From NCBI RefSeq assembly GCF_001194135.2, contig NC_068981.1:149994586-150058585 (forward strand): a stretch of DNA of 64,000 nucleotides, written 5' to 3'. The position numbers were made by a program, and so were the translations under genes. Below are positions 37,939 to 50,372 of this stretch, in pieces. Numbering within the stretch: position 1 is the stretch's first letter; the number at the start of each line of letters is the position of its first letter. This stretch comes from Octopus bimaculoides. Taxonomy: Eukaryota. The notes under the pieces were generated by a model, which was not told the DNA's origin, did not search any database, and saw nothing but the letters and a program-made list of their open reading frames with translations.

Positions 37939-38169
37939 TACATAATATTCAAAAGAATTCCAACTTTGTCTATTTTTAATGTTCTATTTATATTCTTATA
38001 AAATTAATGTGGGATACAGAATATGGAATATATAATATAAATAGTAAAATGAAATGAAGTATTGAATGTCTTATTGAATAAATGAAAAGTTGAATATTAA
38101 ATATATAAGAACTAGTATACTTTCCTGCATTCTAGCAACCTTCAAGGTCCCGTGTGACAGAAGTGTTTC

Positions 38170-38349
38170 AACTGATATATATATATATATATATAATGTA
38201 TGTATAGAAAGATAGAGAGATAGATAGATAGATATATATGTATAAGTATTTGCAATTGTATGTATTTATACATATACGTATGTATATATATGCATATACG
38301 CACACATATATATATATGCACTTGCATACACACATATATCTGTATATAC

Positions 38350-38411
<62 letters not shown>

Positions 38412-38470
38412 TCACACGCATAGGCACACACAAACGCACACACACATACACACGCATATATATATATTTA
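38170..38470. repeat. Compound (TA)n/(AGAT)n/(CA)n microsatellite region
   Basis: Directly visible. Confidence 0.95.
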
Positions 38471-39021
38471 TGCATGTATGAAAGGATACATATTAATGTG
38501 ATGCGCATGTGCGTTTTTATGTATTTGGGCTCGTGCATGCCTTTATGATTTTCTTAGTAAAAATTCGTGTTAATGTATGAATGAAGATATCTAAAAAAAA
38601 GAATATATATATATATATGTAAAAGAAATATACACGTGATGTGTTTTATGAAGAGATATGCTCATGCATATGCAGTAGACTTTGTAGGTTATGTTGAAAA
38701 CATGACTAATCATGAGATTACACAATACAATTTCGTTTTTATGAAAATCATTTCAATGCAGCTTTCACTCTATTTTGTAGCATTTTAATTTCAAATACGT
38801 GCAGCATTGTTATTGCATTTTATCTTTGTTTTTAAAGACATTTGCGCTGTCAAATTGAATAGAGAACTGGATTACAAGTATTATAGCTTGTAATTCTGCG
38901 ATAGGGAGTGCCACTGAATTAATCACTTAGTGGGATGTGCTTGCTAAATAATTTTGTTTCTAACTTGTTGCTAATATTCAGGATTAGCAAAAACCTTAGA
39001 GTCCATCAAATGCCTTGCACT

Positions 39022-39410
39022 AAGGCGACGAGCTTGCAGAATCGTTAGCATGCCGGGAAAAATGCTTAGCGGCATTTTGTCCGTCTTTACGTTCTGAGTT
39101 CAAATTCTTCCTTTGTTGACTTTGCCTTTCATCCTTCTGGAGTCGATAAAATAAATACCAGTACGACTTGCCCTGTTCCCCTAAATTCCCGGTTTGAAAC
39201 TTGAAAACTAACATTTATATATGACAAAAGGTGACGAGCTGGCAAAATCTTAGCACGTCGGACAAAATGCTTAACGACATTTCGTTCGTCTTTATTTTCT
39301 GAGTTGAAATTCTGTCGAGGTCGATAAGTGCCAGTCAAGCACTAGGGTCAATATAAATGATTCGCCCCCTCCGCCCAAATTTTACGCTTGTGCCTACAGT
39401 AGTAAGGAAT
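39022..39410 (+). mobile_element. Head-to-tail pair of SINE family B
   Basis: AAGGCGACGAGCTTGCAGAATCGTTAGC (39022) and AAGGTGACGAGCTGGCAAAATCTTAGC (about 39230). Confidence 0.85.
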
Positions 39411-39635
39411 ATTCATATATAGTTCCATATGTTCTGTTTGAACCTTACCATTCATCCTTCCAGGATCAAAAATAAACATAGAAATCAAGCACTAGGATCA
39501 ACCTGAAAGTAACACCACATTTAAAGTCTTGTGCCACCATAAGAAATCAATATTTAAATCACTATTTTGTCCTATACTCAAAGAACAATAATATTAAAGC
39601 CAAATAATATTCTAAGCCTCACATTGTCCGCTGTG

Positions 39636-41400
39636 TCATTCCTTAAAGCATACATCATTGAAACAATTCCACGGAACTGAATATATTGATATATTATCAT
39701 TGCATCGAGCGATAATGTGGCTACGAATTTCAGACAAGTTCGGCAAATGTCTTCCAAACCTCAATTCAACAACATCGTCATAAGTGAAATTGAGGAGACA
39801 AAACTGTTTAAATGCCTGTCGTAATGACCATTGATGGGGGTTGTAACCTTGATTCCTCACCAGATTTACTACCACACCTAACCCGTGACCGACACTAGTA
39901 GAATTATCTCTATTGCAAGCATTCAAGCAAAATCACCAGTGTCAGAATAAATAACTCCATTCCACCTAGTTTCAGAGAAACTGAAAATGTCATAGAGGCT
40001 GCTTTTTCACTCCCTGCCAAGCCTATCCAAAATTATATATAAATTATGATTAATTATAAATTATGATTAAAATTTATAAACTATAAATCATATGTTAACA
40101 TCCTCTCATCTGCCTTCCGATTCTGCCAAGTTGGAGCTTTCTCTTTTATATATAGTAGATTTGAAAGGAATAAGTAGCAGCAACGTATCAATGCTTACAA
40201 ATGAATTACACTTTTTCATGAGATAGTAGGGAATTACACCGAATGAAAGGAAGATACTTACCTTTCATAGTATCAACTTCTGTATTACGAAATGGTGGCT
40301 TTTACTTAATTTTTCATTTTCGTAAGTACTAATAATATAGTATTCCATCAACTATAGTTTACCAAACCAGCCTTAACTTTCTTCTTAAATTAGAAGCCAA
40401 CATTTTTTTACAATTTCCTGAGTAACTGTTACCGACTGTCTAAAATATCTCTGAGAATCCTTGATGCATTGGGCAAAATGTATAGCGATCTATGCATTCT
40501 TCTGGCTCCTTTTGTTGTGAGTTCAATTACCACCGAAGTCAATATTGCCTTTCATATTTTCGAGATTCATAAAATGGAGTACTGGTCAAGTATTGGAGAC
40601 GATGTTGTCGAATTAACCCTTCCCCCTAAAATTGATAACTTTGTGCCAAAACTTAATAGCATTATTATTAAAACATCCAGAGGACAATTCTGAACGTACG
40701 AAATTACACCATAAGATGCGAAAGCTTTCAAGAATGAGGCCTTAAGGGATAATAAAGTCGTTTTCAGGATGCAACATGATGTACAAAGAAATTTTCCACG
40801 AACATCGAGTATGTAAAGATAATGGTTCTGTATAAATAGAATGAACAAAGAGAGTACACCAAAGATGGAATAAGAAAACTTTATTAATATATGTTAGTAA
40901 ACGCTGTTCTCCTACAATAGAACAATATTTAAAAATACCCTGCCTTGCTAAAACTGGTATCAATAGTCTGTCGACATCCAGCACAAACAACTATACATTT
41001 TCACAAATTAGTGATGATAAGATCCCTTTTCTTATTACTTAGTCCAGGAAGAAGAAGCGTGCTTATCGTCTATCACCTGCTGCAATGTCTGTTAGGCTTA
41101 TTTGAGATAACTGAAAAATATATAATTCATGAGTAATCTTAAAACTAAGAACCTAGTGCGAATGCTTGCAATGGAAATTTTTTGTTTGTCTTTTAAGGTC
41201 TCCTCAGGACCAAATTGTGGTTTTAAACTTGCGGACAGATTAGGGGTATGGAAGCCCGTAGATATTTCAGATTTGTTTACACAACATTTGAATGTAATAC
41301 AGTATCACTCATACATCTTCAGTTAAACAACAACGACACAACTAAATACGTCAAATCTGTTTGCAAAACGACCTGCGAATTTTGTGTTGAGAGTGTAATT
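39636..41400 (-). mobile_element. Decayed Penelope-like element RT (lineage 1)
   Basis: Broken frames read IMLLSFGTKL..(cf. IYIRFGTKLYRQ..GIPMG), LPNASRILRDILDS at about 40435-40485 (cf. FNxTSRYLDDLL), GVIYS and VNLVRNQGYNPHQWSLRQAFKQF (cf. KLLxQGY...LxxSFKKF). Motif order matches a PLE RT and its C-terminal extension. Confidence 0.68.
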
Positions 41401-43009
41401 TTCCACAAACATTCTCCATGTGAAGATATATATGCAACTACAAAACTGCTGGAAACATTTACTTTAATCGAGACATGGGGAAAATAATCGGCATAACTAA
41501 CCTGTAACAATTTGAAGGTTATGCATTTCAAAAGTATGAGAACACGAAGAAATAATTCTGGTGAGGGGACAGGATAGAGAAACCCATAAATAGCGGCAAA
41601 ATACAAATAACGAAGACAAACAATACAGTAAAAGAATAAGCAAAACGAGAAAAACAAGTTGGCAATGACATTCAAACTTAGCAATCACATCTACGCTACA
41701 TTTACATGTACTTTTACATTCATCCGTTAGATTCATTTATAGACTATGAAAGCAATCTGATACCATCTAATGAGACTAAATCGTTACAGACCTAAATTAT
41801 AACATTTTCGGTATGTTTCTAATGTGACAACAAATGATTTCCAATAATATAGTTATAAATCCTATTGCTGAAACATATTTCGCTCAATCAAGCAGTTGTG
41901 AAAATCAACGGTATCTAGTCTAGTAATAACTACGTATATGCCTGTATCCAACCATTCATTCATCCATCCACATATAGACATTTGTATACATTAATAGCAG
42001 ACGCTAGTGCATCCATCTGTGTCGCATGTGAATGCAAATGCATATATGTGTGTGTGCGGGAGTGAGTACACGTTTGTGTGTAAGTAGACAACATTTTTTG
42101 TATGTATGTGTATGCGTTTATATTTAACAGTTTTAACTGAATCTATAACTTTACTTCATATCGAGCACCGTTTTCCCAATGTTTATATTTAACAGTTTTA
42201 GCCGAATCTAACTTGACTTCATATAACTTTATTTCATATACTTTACTTCATATTGAGCACCATTTTCCTAATGCCACTGGCCCCTCTCAGTTTCGACCCT
42301 GAGAATTCAGTAGCATGATCAACTAAGTTATTTGCTCATTGAATTAAAGATTAAGTGGTCGAGAATTTCTACAGTTGAAGTAGTCCTTAAGTACAGTCAG
42401 TGCAACAGTGTATGTCAAGACTCTACTTGGGCTTGCATGCACATTCCTTCAGAAGGTCTTCCCTACAAATTCTACATACGAAATATTATTCACAATTTTC
42501 TGTCTGAACCTGAGGTTATAAAAAAAATGCTACCTGTCCAAGATGCAACTGAAGTTACACACACACACACACACACATGGTATATAGTTTTAAAATGCTA
42601 TAAGCTACCATGAGAATTAGGACTGTTTTCATCTCCTGCTAACTTCCGTTTAATGCAGTAAATGAGGTATCACTAATGCGGTCTATGAAGTGTCACTAAA
42701 GCAGACCCAGGTCCTACCGTAGTAATAAGAGTCATGTAAAGTTCAAATGAACAAAATCCAGAAAATAAATTAATGATATTTTAGTTATTTCATTACGGAG
42801 GTTTTAAAAAGCAAAATTCACTCAAATCGATTACAGACCATTTTTGCCTTACATATAAGTGCAATTTTGCAGCGAGTTTTATATTTCGATATCTCCCATC
42901 CGATGAAAAACCTTATAAGAGATTGGACTGATTATTTACTTTTGAAGCGAACGTAATGATGTATCTGAAATATTAACATATTTTCTGATCTCAAATACAA
43001 TCATACGCG

Positions 43010-43180
43010 AGTGTGTGTGTGTGTGTGTGTGTCTGTGTGTGTGTGTGTGCGTGCGTGTGTGTGTGTGTGTGAGCGCGCGCGCGTGCGTGTGCGTGGGTAT
43101 GTGTTTGTGTATGTGTGCTTGTGTGTACGCACGTATGTGTGTACGCACGTATGTGTGTGCGCACACGCACGTATGTGTGT
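43010..43180. repeat. (TG)n/(GC)n microsatellite region
   Basis: Directly visible. Confidence 0.95.
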
Positions 43181-43495
43181 GCAAGTATTTTCATCAGACC
43201 AGCATATGTACGTCTTGTGTTTCTTTATCTCTTGTGACCTAGAATATTTGTGAATGACTATATGTCGTGGAAGACGTCAGAAAACCGAAACCTATCTGGA
43301 ATTACACATCCCATTGTCACAATGCCAATATATATTTATATAGAGATGTTTATCTTAGTTTTATTAAGATGTATTAGAGCCTTATACTAAAAAACTCGAA
43401 ACATTTGCATCTATCTCTTCTTTCTCTGTAGTTAATTTCCCTGTCTAAGGCAGGTACTAATCGATCTAGTATGATATGGTAATAAGATAATACGT

Positions 43496-43640
43496 TCTTA
43501 CCTACCTACTTTTTGCGTCATAGTTGGGACAATAAACCAAAGGAGAGAAAGAGAAAAAACAGACTAAAAGAAAAAATTCGAAAAGATAATGTTGCATGGT
43601 GCTGGCGTCGCTGATGATATTTATTTGTGATTGGTGAAGG
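43496..43640 (-). promoter_or_regulatory. Candidate promoter and first exon (ATG-MTQKVG, phase-2 donor)
   Basis: CCAAT at 43630-43634 (minus), Inr-like TTAGTC 43562-43567, pyrimidine-rich leader, ATG 43521, AG|GTAAGA donor after 43502. Confidence 0.28.
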
Positions 43641-44049
43641 CTGTTCTTTGCTTGTCATGGTAGTGTTGCTGTCGGCAGCGAAAGTTACTTGCGTTAAATC
43701 AATCGGTAATTTATTCTTAAATTTCAATTCCACAAAATAAATTATCGTCGTCATTTCCTTCCTACTTATAAAAACCATCGCTGGCTCCTTCATTAACTAA
43801 TGCCTAAAGCATATTACCTCAACATCGGTGCTCTATATTCATGGAATATGCTTGAAGCTGACGGTATCACTAGGGAGTATATCGGTAAACTATCTCTGAG
43901 GGTTGCCAAGCGGGGATAAAAGCTTCTCCTCAGGATAAAGTGTCAGACCTACGAACACCGGACCAGTACGTCATAATCTTGGTGGAAATATTACCTAGGG
44001 GCTAACAGAAAACCGCCCGGTGGGTGTTCTTTCTGCTAGTAATTCTAAT

Positions 44050-45021
44050 AAACCTTGCTCTTATAGGCACAAGGCCTGTAATTTTGGGGGAAGCGGTTAC
44101 TTGATTACACACGATCTCGGTGTCCAACTGGTACTTATTTTTTCGATTCCGAAGGACGAAATGACAAATTCCACCTCGGCGGAATTTGTACATTAAACAT
44201 GAAAACGGATGAAATACTGATAAGTATTTTATCTGGAACCCTAATGATTCAACCAGTTCACCGCCTTAATAATTACAATAACAATAACAAAGTAAATAAA
44301 CATGATTACAACACCAGTAATATAAAAACAATTATAACAGTGGTGATAATAATAATAATATTGGTTTCATATTCTGGTCCAAGGCAGCACAAGACCAGTG
44401 GGTAGGTCGATTATATTGGCTCCAATACTCACTTGATGCTTATTCTATCGAACTTGAAAGTACGATATGTTAATAAGATAATACGGCGGAATTTGAACTC
44501 AGACGGACGAAATATCACTCAGCATTTCGCCCGGTGTGCTGACGGTTCGGGCAGCTTGATGCCTTATATAATAACGATAAAAATAGTGGTTTCAAATTTT
44601 GCCACAAGGGAAGCAATTTTGGGGGAGGGGACGAGTCGATTACAGTGTTCAACTGGTACCTCTTTTATCCACTCCGAAAGGATCAAAGGCAAAGTGGACC
44701 TCGTTGGCATTTGAACTTAGAATGGGAAGGCGGAGGAAATGCCGCTAAGGCTTTGCCCGACGTGCTAACAACTCTGCCTGCTCACCGTCTTTATAATTAT
44801 TTCTCCTATAGGGACAAGGCCTGAAATTTGGGGGAAGGGGACAAGTCGATTACATTAACCACAGTGATCAACGGGTACTTATTTTATTGACTCCCGAAAG
44901 TATGAAAGGCAAATTTGACCTTGGCGGAATTTGAACTCAGAACGTAACGGCAGACGAAATACCGCTGGGCATTTCGCCCGGTGTGCTAACGATTCTGCCA
45001 ACTCTCCGCTTTCGCTGCCTT
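44050..45021 (-). mobile_element. Array of four co-oriented SINE family B copies
   Basis: Copies at about 44050-44267, 44365-44563, 44587-44791 and 44805-45021. Each ends in ...C(G/T)CC(T)TTA on plus (TAAGG(C/T)G head on minus) and has GGAATTTGAACTC (B-box). Confidence 0.85.
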
Positions 45022-45132
45022 TAGATTAATGCTAAAATTAACACGAGTAATAACGATGGAAACAACAACAGTGATATTAATTGATGATAACGGTAATGAT
45101 GACGATTATGATAATGATAGAACAATGGTTAC

Positions 45133-45173
<41 letters not shown>

Positions 45174-45239
45174 AGACTTATAACCGTCATTAAATATGAC
45201 TGAGTGTGTTATAAAAGCCTACATTGCTAGAAATAAGTT

Positions 45240-45335
45240 TGTCTGTGTGTTTATGTGTGTGTGTGCGCGTGTGTGTGTGTGTGTATGTGTGTGTGTCTGC
45301 GTGTGTGTCTGTGTGTGTGTCTGTGTGTGTGTGTG

Positions 45336-45377
<42 letters not shown>

Positions 45378-45380
45378 TGT
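45240..45380. repeat. (TG)n microsatellite
   Basis: Directly visible. Confidence 0.95.
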
Positions 45381-45799
45381 GTATACCAAGTTAAATATTA
45401 TCTACTATGTGTAGGTCAAGTTCAGATAATACAATATGTCATAATATCGACAAAATTAATACTAATATCAGTATTTCTGATAATAATTTATATTAACGTC
45501 AGGCGATAGTGTAGCAATATGATAATAACGCTGAAGAAGTTTAATTCGAAATGTCACCAGAAATTTAGATGGTAGAAGGAAAATTTTCTCAGCTGGATAA
45601 TGTTGTACATCAGTATATCAACTACACAGTATTTAAATAGGCTGTAACACTCGTTTAGTCACTATAGTAACCTTCCTATAGTTTTAGTGCATGAAATTCT
45701 TTTATAAGTATTTAGAAATATTTATGTGCTAAAGGTAGTAAACAAGAACGGATAATTTAGGTTTACTAACCAAAGCTGGAATGAGTGGGCATTGTTAAT

Positions 45800-46690
45800 A
45801 ACCTCTACAGATTCTCTGAAACGGGTGAATTCGATATCCTTAATGATCTGTTTAAACTGTTGCAAGTGAGAAAATATACAAACAGTGTGGAGATTCGAGA
45901 GGGACGATGTCTGAGGAAGAAAAACAAGGAATGATAGTAAATATGGTTGGATATATAAAAGGGGACAAGAAGTAGAGACCTTACTGAGTCAGGAGTGCCG
46001 CAACTGGCAATGTACAAGACCAGCCAGATCCGAGGAATTAAAGCCATTATAATATTGGTAGTAAAATCTAAGAGGTGAAGCAGCATGCCTGTGGTTCAGA
46101 AACTGGAGCGTGTTTTTGAATGATTGAATATTAGTTGAGTGGCTCTTTTCAGACTGCGTTCGATGTCTGTCTCAGATACGGGAGCAGTATTCCATGGTGG
46201 GCCCCACCTGTGTTTTGTAGAGTCTCTGTAAATTTTGGGAATTGAAGTAGTTTCTGACCTTAAACAGAAGGACCAGTTTTTGTGATACGGTCTTTTCTGC
46301 GTTTTAATACAATCTGGTTGATAGTCGAGCCTAGCATTTGGAGCAACCGTGTGGATTGAAGCTGAATTCAGTTTATGTTAGGTGAGGAGTGGTATTTTGA
46401 TACCTTCTTGACCCGAGCAGTACTTGAGGTTTTTGATGTTAACCGAGTAAACATCGACATAGTAGCACTAAAAGATGCGGTATTTGTACATGGAATCAGA
46501 GCAATTTCTAAATTGCTTTGGGTGACAAATGAATGCGTAATATACCCTGTGCCTAATGTCTATCAGTATAGATCCGGTTTGAAGGTTCTTGTTTACTCAC
46601 ATGATAATGAGAGTTACCTGTGTTATGATATATTGCAGACAGCACTTTGCATACTAGAAAAAGAGACAGACCCACAGCAGTGAAAATTCT
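45800..46690 (-). mobile_element. Decayed LINE (CR1/L2-group-like) RT C-terminal region and 3' end
   Basis: Minus strand KVRNYFNSQNLQRLYKTQVGPTMEYCSRI* (cf. LYKAQVRPxMEYCSHIW) and HRHAAS..FYYQYYNG..SDLA (cf. HRRxVASL..FYRYY.G.CS.EL). Confidence 0.8.
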
Positions 46691-47681
46691 CCCTAACACG
46701 GTGAAATACGTCGAGATTTGACGTGTATATCTGCACTCCTCGTTCCACTGTAGAAAAACTACAGCAAAACATTTCTCTAAATTTGAGTCAATGGAGTAGA
46801 TACAAGTTGTACATAACACACACACACATATATATATATATATANNNNNNNNNNNNNNNNNNNNNNNNNNNNNNNNNNNNNNNNNNNNNNNNNNNNNNNN
46901 NNNNNNNNNNNNNNNNNNNNNNNNNNNNNNNNNNNNNNNNNNNNNNNNNNNNNNNNNNNNNNNNNNNNNNNNNNNNNNNNNNNNNNNNNNNNNNNNNNNN
47001 NNNNNNNNNNNNNNNNNNNNNNNNNNNNNNNNNNNNNNNNNNNNNNNNNNNNNNNNNNNNNNNNNNNNNNNNNNNNNNNNNNNNNNNNNNNNNNNNNNNN
47101 NNNNNNNNNNNNNNNNNNNNNNNNNNNNNNNNNNNNNNNNNNNNNNNNNNNNNNNNNNNNNNNNNNNNNNNNNNNNNNNNNNNNNNNNNNNNNNNNNNNN
47201 NNNNNNNNNNNNNNNNNNNNNNNNNNNNNNNNNNNNNNNNNNNNNNNNNNNNNNNNNNNNNNNNNNNNNNNNNNNNNNNNNNNNNNNNNNNNNNNNNNNN
47301 NNNNNNNNNNNNNNNNNNNNNNNNNNNNNNNNNNNNNNNNNNNNNNNNNNNNNNNNNNNNNNNNNNNNNNNNNNNNNNNNNNNNNNNNNNNNNNNNNNNN
47401 NNNNNNNNNNNNNNNNNNNNNNNNNNNNNNNNNNNNNNNNNNNNNNNNNNNNNNNNNNNNNNNNNNNNNNNNNNNNNNNNNNNNNNNNNNNNNNNNNNNN
47501 NNNNNNNNNNNNNNNNNNNNNNNNNNNNNNNNNNNNNNNNNNNNNNNNNNNNNNNNNNNNNNNNNNNNNNNNNNNNNNNNNNNNNNNNNNNNNNNNNNNN
47601 NNNNNNNNNNNNNNNNNNNNNNNNNNNNNNNNNNNNNNNNNNNNNNNNNNNNNNNNNNNNNNNNNNNNNNNNNNNNNNNNN

Positions 47682-47714
<33 letters not shown>

Positions 47715-47832
47715 TATGTACCTATAAGATTTTGCTGTCCCCGAGGCTCTGGTAGGAGACGCTTGTCCAAGGTGCCACACAATGGGACTGAACACAGTAC
47801 CATGCGGTTGGGCAGTAAGCTTCTTGCCACAT
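47715..47832 (-). mobile_element. SINE family A fragment
   Basis: CCAAGGTGCCACACAATGGGACTGAAC..ACCATGCGGTTGGGCAGTAAGCTTCTTGCCAC is the reverse complement of the family A head. Confidence 0.75.
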
Positions 47833-49111
47833 AAACAGGAAATACGTAGATAGGTATATAGGTTTTCCTGTATGTATATATGTATATGTATGCGAATTTA
47901 TAGTTTCTCTGTGTATATGGGCTTGTAGTTGTCTCTGGTCATTTGCTTGAAAAAAAAAAGGCGTTACTTTGCACCTCCGAAAGTCAACTGTCGAACAAAA
48001 ACAGTCGATTGTATAAGTAATCTTTCTAAGCGATATTCCAATATATACTACGTGTATATGTAATTTATCCATAATACTTATAATATATTAAGTATACACA
48101 GGAATAATATGCATATATATATATATATGCACACAGACACATACACGCAAACACACACGCGTGCGTGGGCAATTATACACTCACACACACACACACACAC
48201 ATACACACACACACACATACACACACACACACACACACACGCATATATATGTATGCATATGAAAATGATGTACATAATATTTTTACGATTGACTACCTTC
48301 ATTTCAGATTTTAGCGCGATATGAGAAAATATGAATTGTTCCATACGAGTAATTCGCAACAAACTTCAGGCCATCCGATAGGGCATTGCCCTACTTGTAC
48401 ACTCTTTCTAATTACAGTAATAAAATATGCATAATGTTAGCTTTAGAAAAATCTCAACATTAAACTGGTCAACCGGATCTACGGTCGTTTTCTCATTTTT
48501 CCGAATATTAAATTGATGTCGATGTTAAAAGTCATTTTAAAGAGTAGTATGTAAGTGCGTGTATAAATAAAATAGACTCGCACGTCCTGGTTTTACTATT
48601 CATGTAAAACTGATACGGAAGTTATCTTTGCTGATGTTCGCTGGAAATTTTATGATAGGTTATTGATGACGTTGTCCTATTTATCACCAATTATGAAAAC
48701 CTATATCATTTTAACTCAACAGAACTACATAATTTATTTACACGCTGTAAGTTGCATTTTATGTATTTTTATGTATTTTCCGTGCAACACTTAGTTACTG
48801 ATGCGTGTGAGTCTATAGTCTATAACGTAAATAGTCTATAACGTGAATCTATGCGTATTGGGGATGATTAAATCTTCGGTGTATCTAATTTTTGGTTATC
48901 GGGTAATATGTTACGAGAAAGAAAAACATTTGGCACCTTCCGCCGTTTCTTTCTTATCGTAGTATTCTTCAAGATTTGACCGGATTTTCCATGTATATGT
49001 TATCCCCCNNNNNNNNNNNNNNNNNNNNNNNNNNNNNNNNNNNNNNNNNNNNNNNNNNNNNNNNNNNNNNNNNNNNNNNNNNNNNNNNNNNNNNNNNNNN
49101 NNNNNNNNNNN

Positions 49112-49166
<55 letters not shown>

Positions 49167-49176
49167 ATGTATATAT

Positions 49177-49388
49177 ATGTATATATAAAAATATATATAA
49201 AGGAGGCCACTAGGTGGACTGCTAATGTGCTAGAAGAAGATCACATGTCATGTGTCTACTAAGACGGAATAATTCTCCTTCTCAAACGAGAATTATTCGG
49301 TCTTAGTAGACACATGACATGTGATCTTCTTCTAGCACATTAGCAGTCCACCTAGTGGCCTCCTTTATATATATTTTTATATATACAT
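49177..49388. repeat. Near-perfect long inverted repeat (101-bp arms, 10-nt spacer)
   Basis: Arm 49177-49277 vs arm 49288-49388. The single mismatch seen is GACGG/CGGTC. Spacer CTTCTCAAAC. Confidence 0.95.
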
Positions 49389-49912
49389 GTACAATAATCC
49401 TTTGAGATCTCAGATATTTTTTCTGAATCTCCCTGATTCTTTTAATGTGCTTGTTCCCTGGTATTAATTTGATATTAGTTAATATTCAATTTTTTACTCT
49501 ATTATTTAATTTATATGTATATATATGTATATATCTTTCTCTGCCGTTTTCTTTTTTAATCCTCTCTTCAATTCTTATATTCTCTTCCTGTTTCCTGTTT
49601 AATCTCTTTTATTTAGTTATCTCTCCATCTCTTCCTTCTCCCTCGTTTTTCTCACTTTTCTCCTTACTCTCTTTTACCTAGGATACTTTCTTTTCGTTCT
49701 TTCCCTTTCTCTTTATTTTCCTCCCAAACTAATTATAAAATGCATCATCATCCATCGAACAGTTATCTATAAATTGATACAGTAAAGTTTTTTCCGGTGA
49801 ATTTGTTGAGGTTGCATTTAGAACATCTATCGCAGAGCTCCACACGACTATAATGTTGAAACGCCAGTAAGAACTTGAATAGAAACTTGTGTTTATTCTT
49901 ATGCTTCCGTTC

Positions 49913-49914
<2 letters not shown>

Positions 49915-49961
<47 letters not shown>

Positions 49962-50098
49962 NNNNNNNNNNNNNNNNNNNNNNNNNNNNNNNNNNNNNNN
50001 NNNNNNNNNNNNNNNNNNNNNNNNNNNNNNNNNNNNNNNNNNNNNNNNNNNNNNNNNNNNNNNCTCTCTCTCTCTCTCTCTCTCTCACTCACTCTCTC

Positions 50099-50135
<37 letters not shown>
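49915..50135. repeat. (CT)n and (TA)n microsatellites around gap 49962-50063
   Basis: Directly visible. Confidence 0.95.
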
Positions 50136-50138
<3 letters not shown>

Positions 50139-50372
50139 GCAAGAAAACGTATTGCCCATTCTGTTTCTATTATTCCTATTTTATACATATAATCGACGAA
50201 TATTCATGAATTTCGGGGTCCATATTCAGTAATATGATCGATCTCACAGTAAAATAGCATGTGTTAGCCAATACCTGTAGATGAGCTTTCTAAAGGATAA
50301 TACAAGGTTTTATACCCAAAATGAATGGACATATATGCATATATACATAAATGTATACATACGTGTGTGTGA

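Noticed and set aside
42117-42272. Tandem ~65-bp duplication
   Set aside because: It is an ordinary local duplication in AT-rich DNA.
42332-42613. 93-aa ORF (QCNSVCQDSTWACMHIP...)
   Set aside because: It has no recognisable family, weak splice signals, and ends in a microsatellite.
46375-46683. 102-aa plus-strand ORF
   Set aside because: It is the antisense shadow of the decayed LINE on the minus strand.
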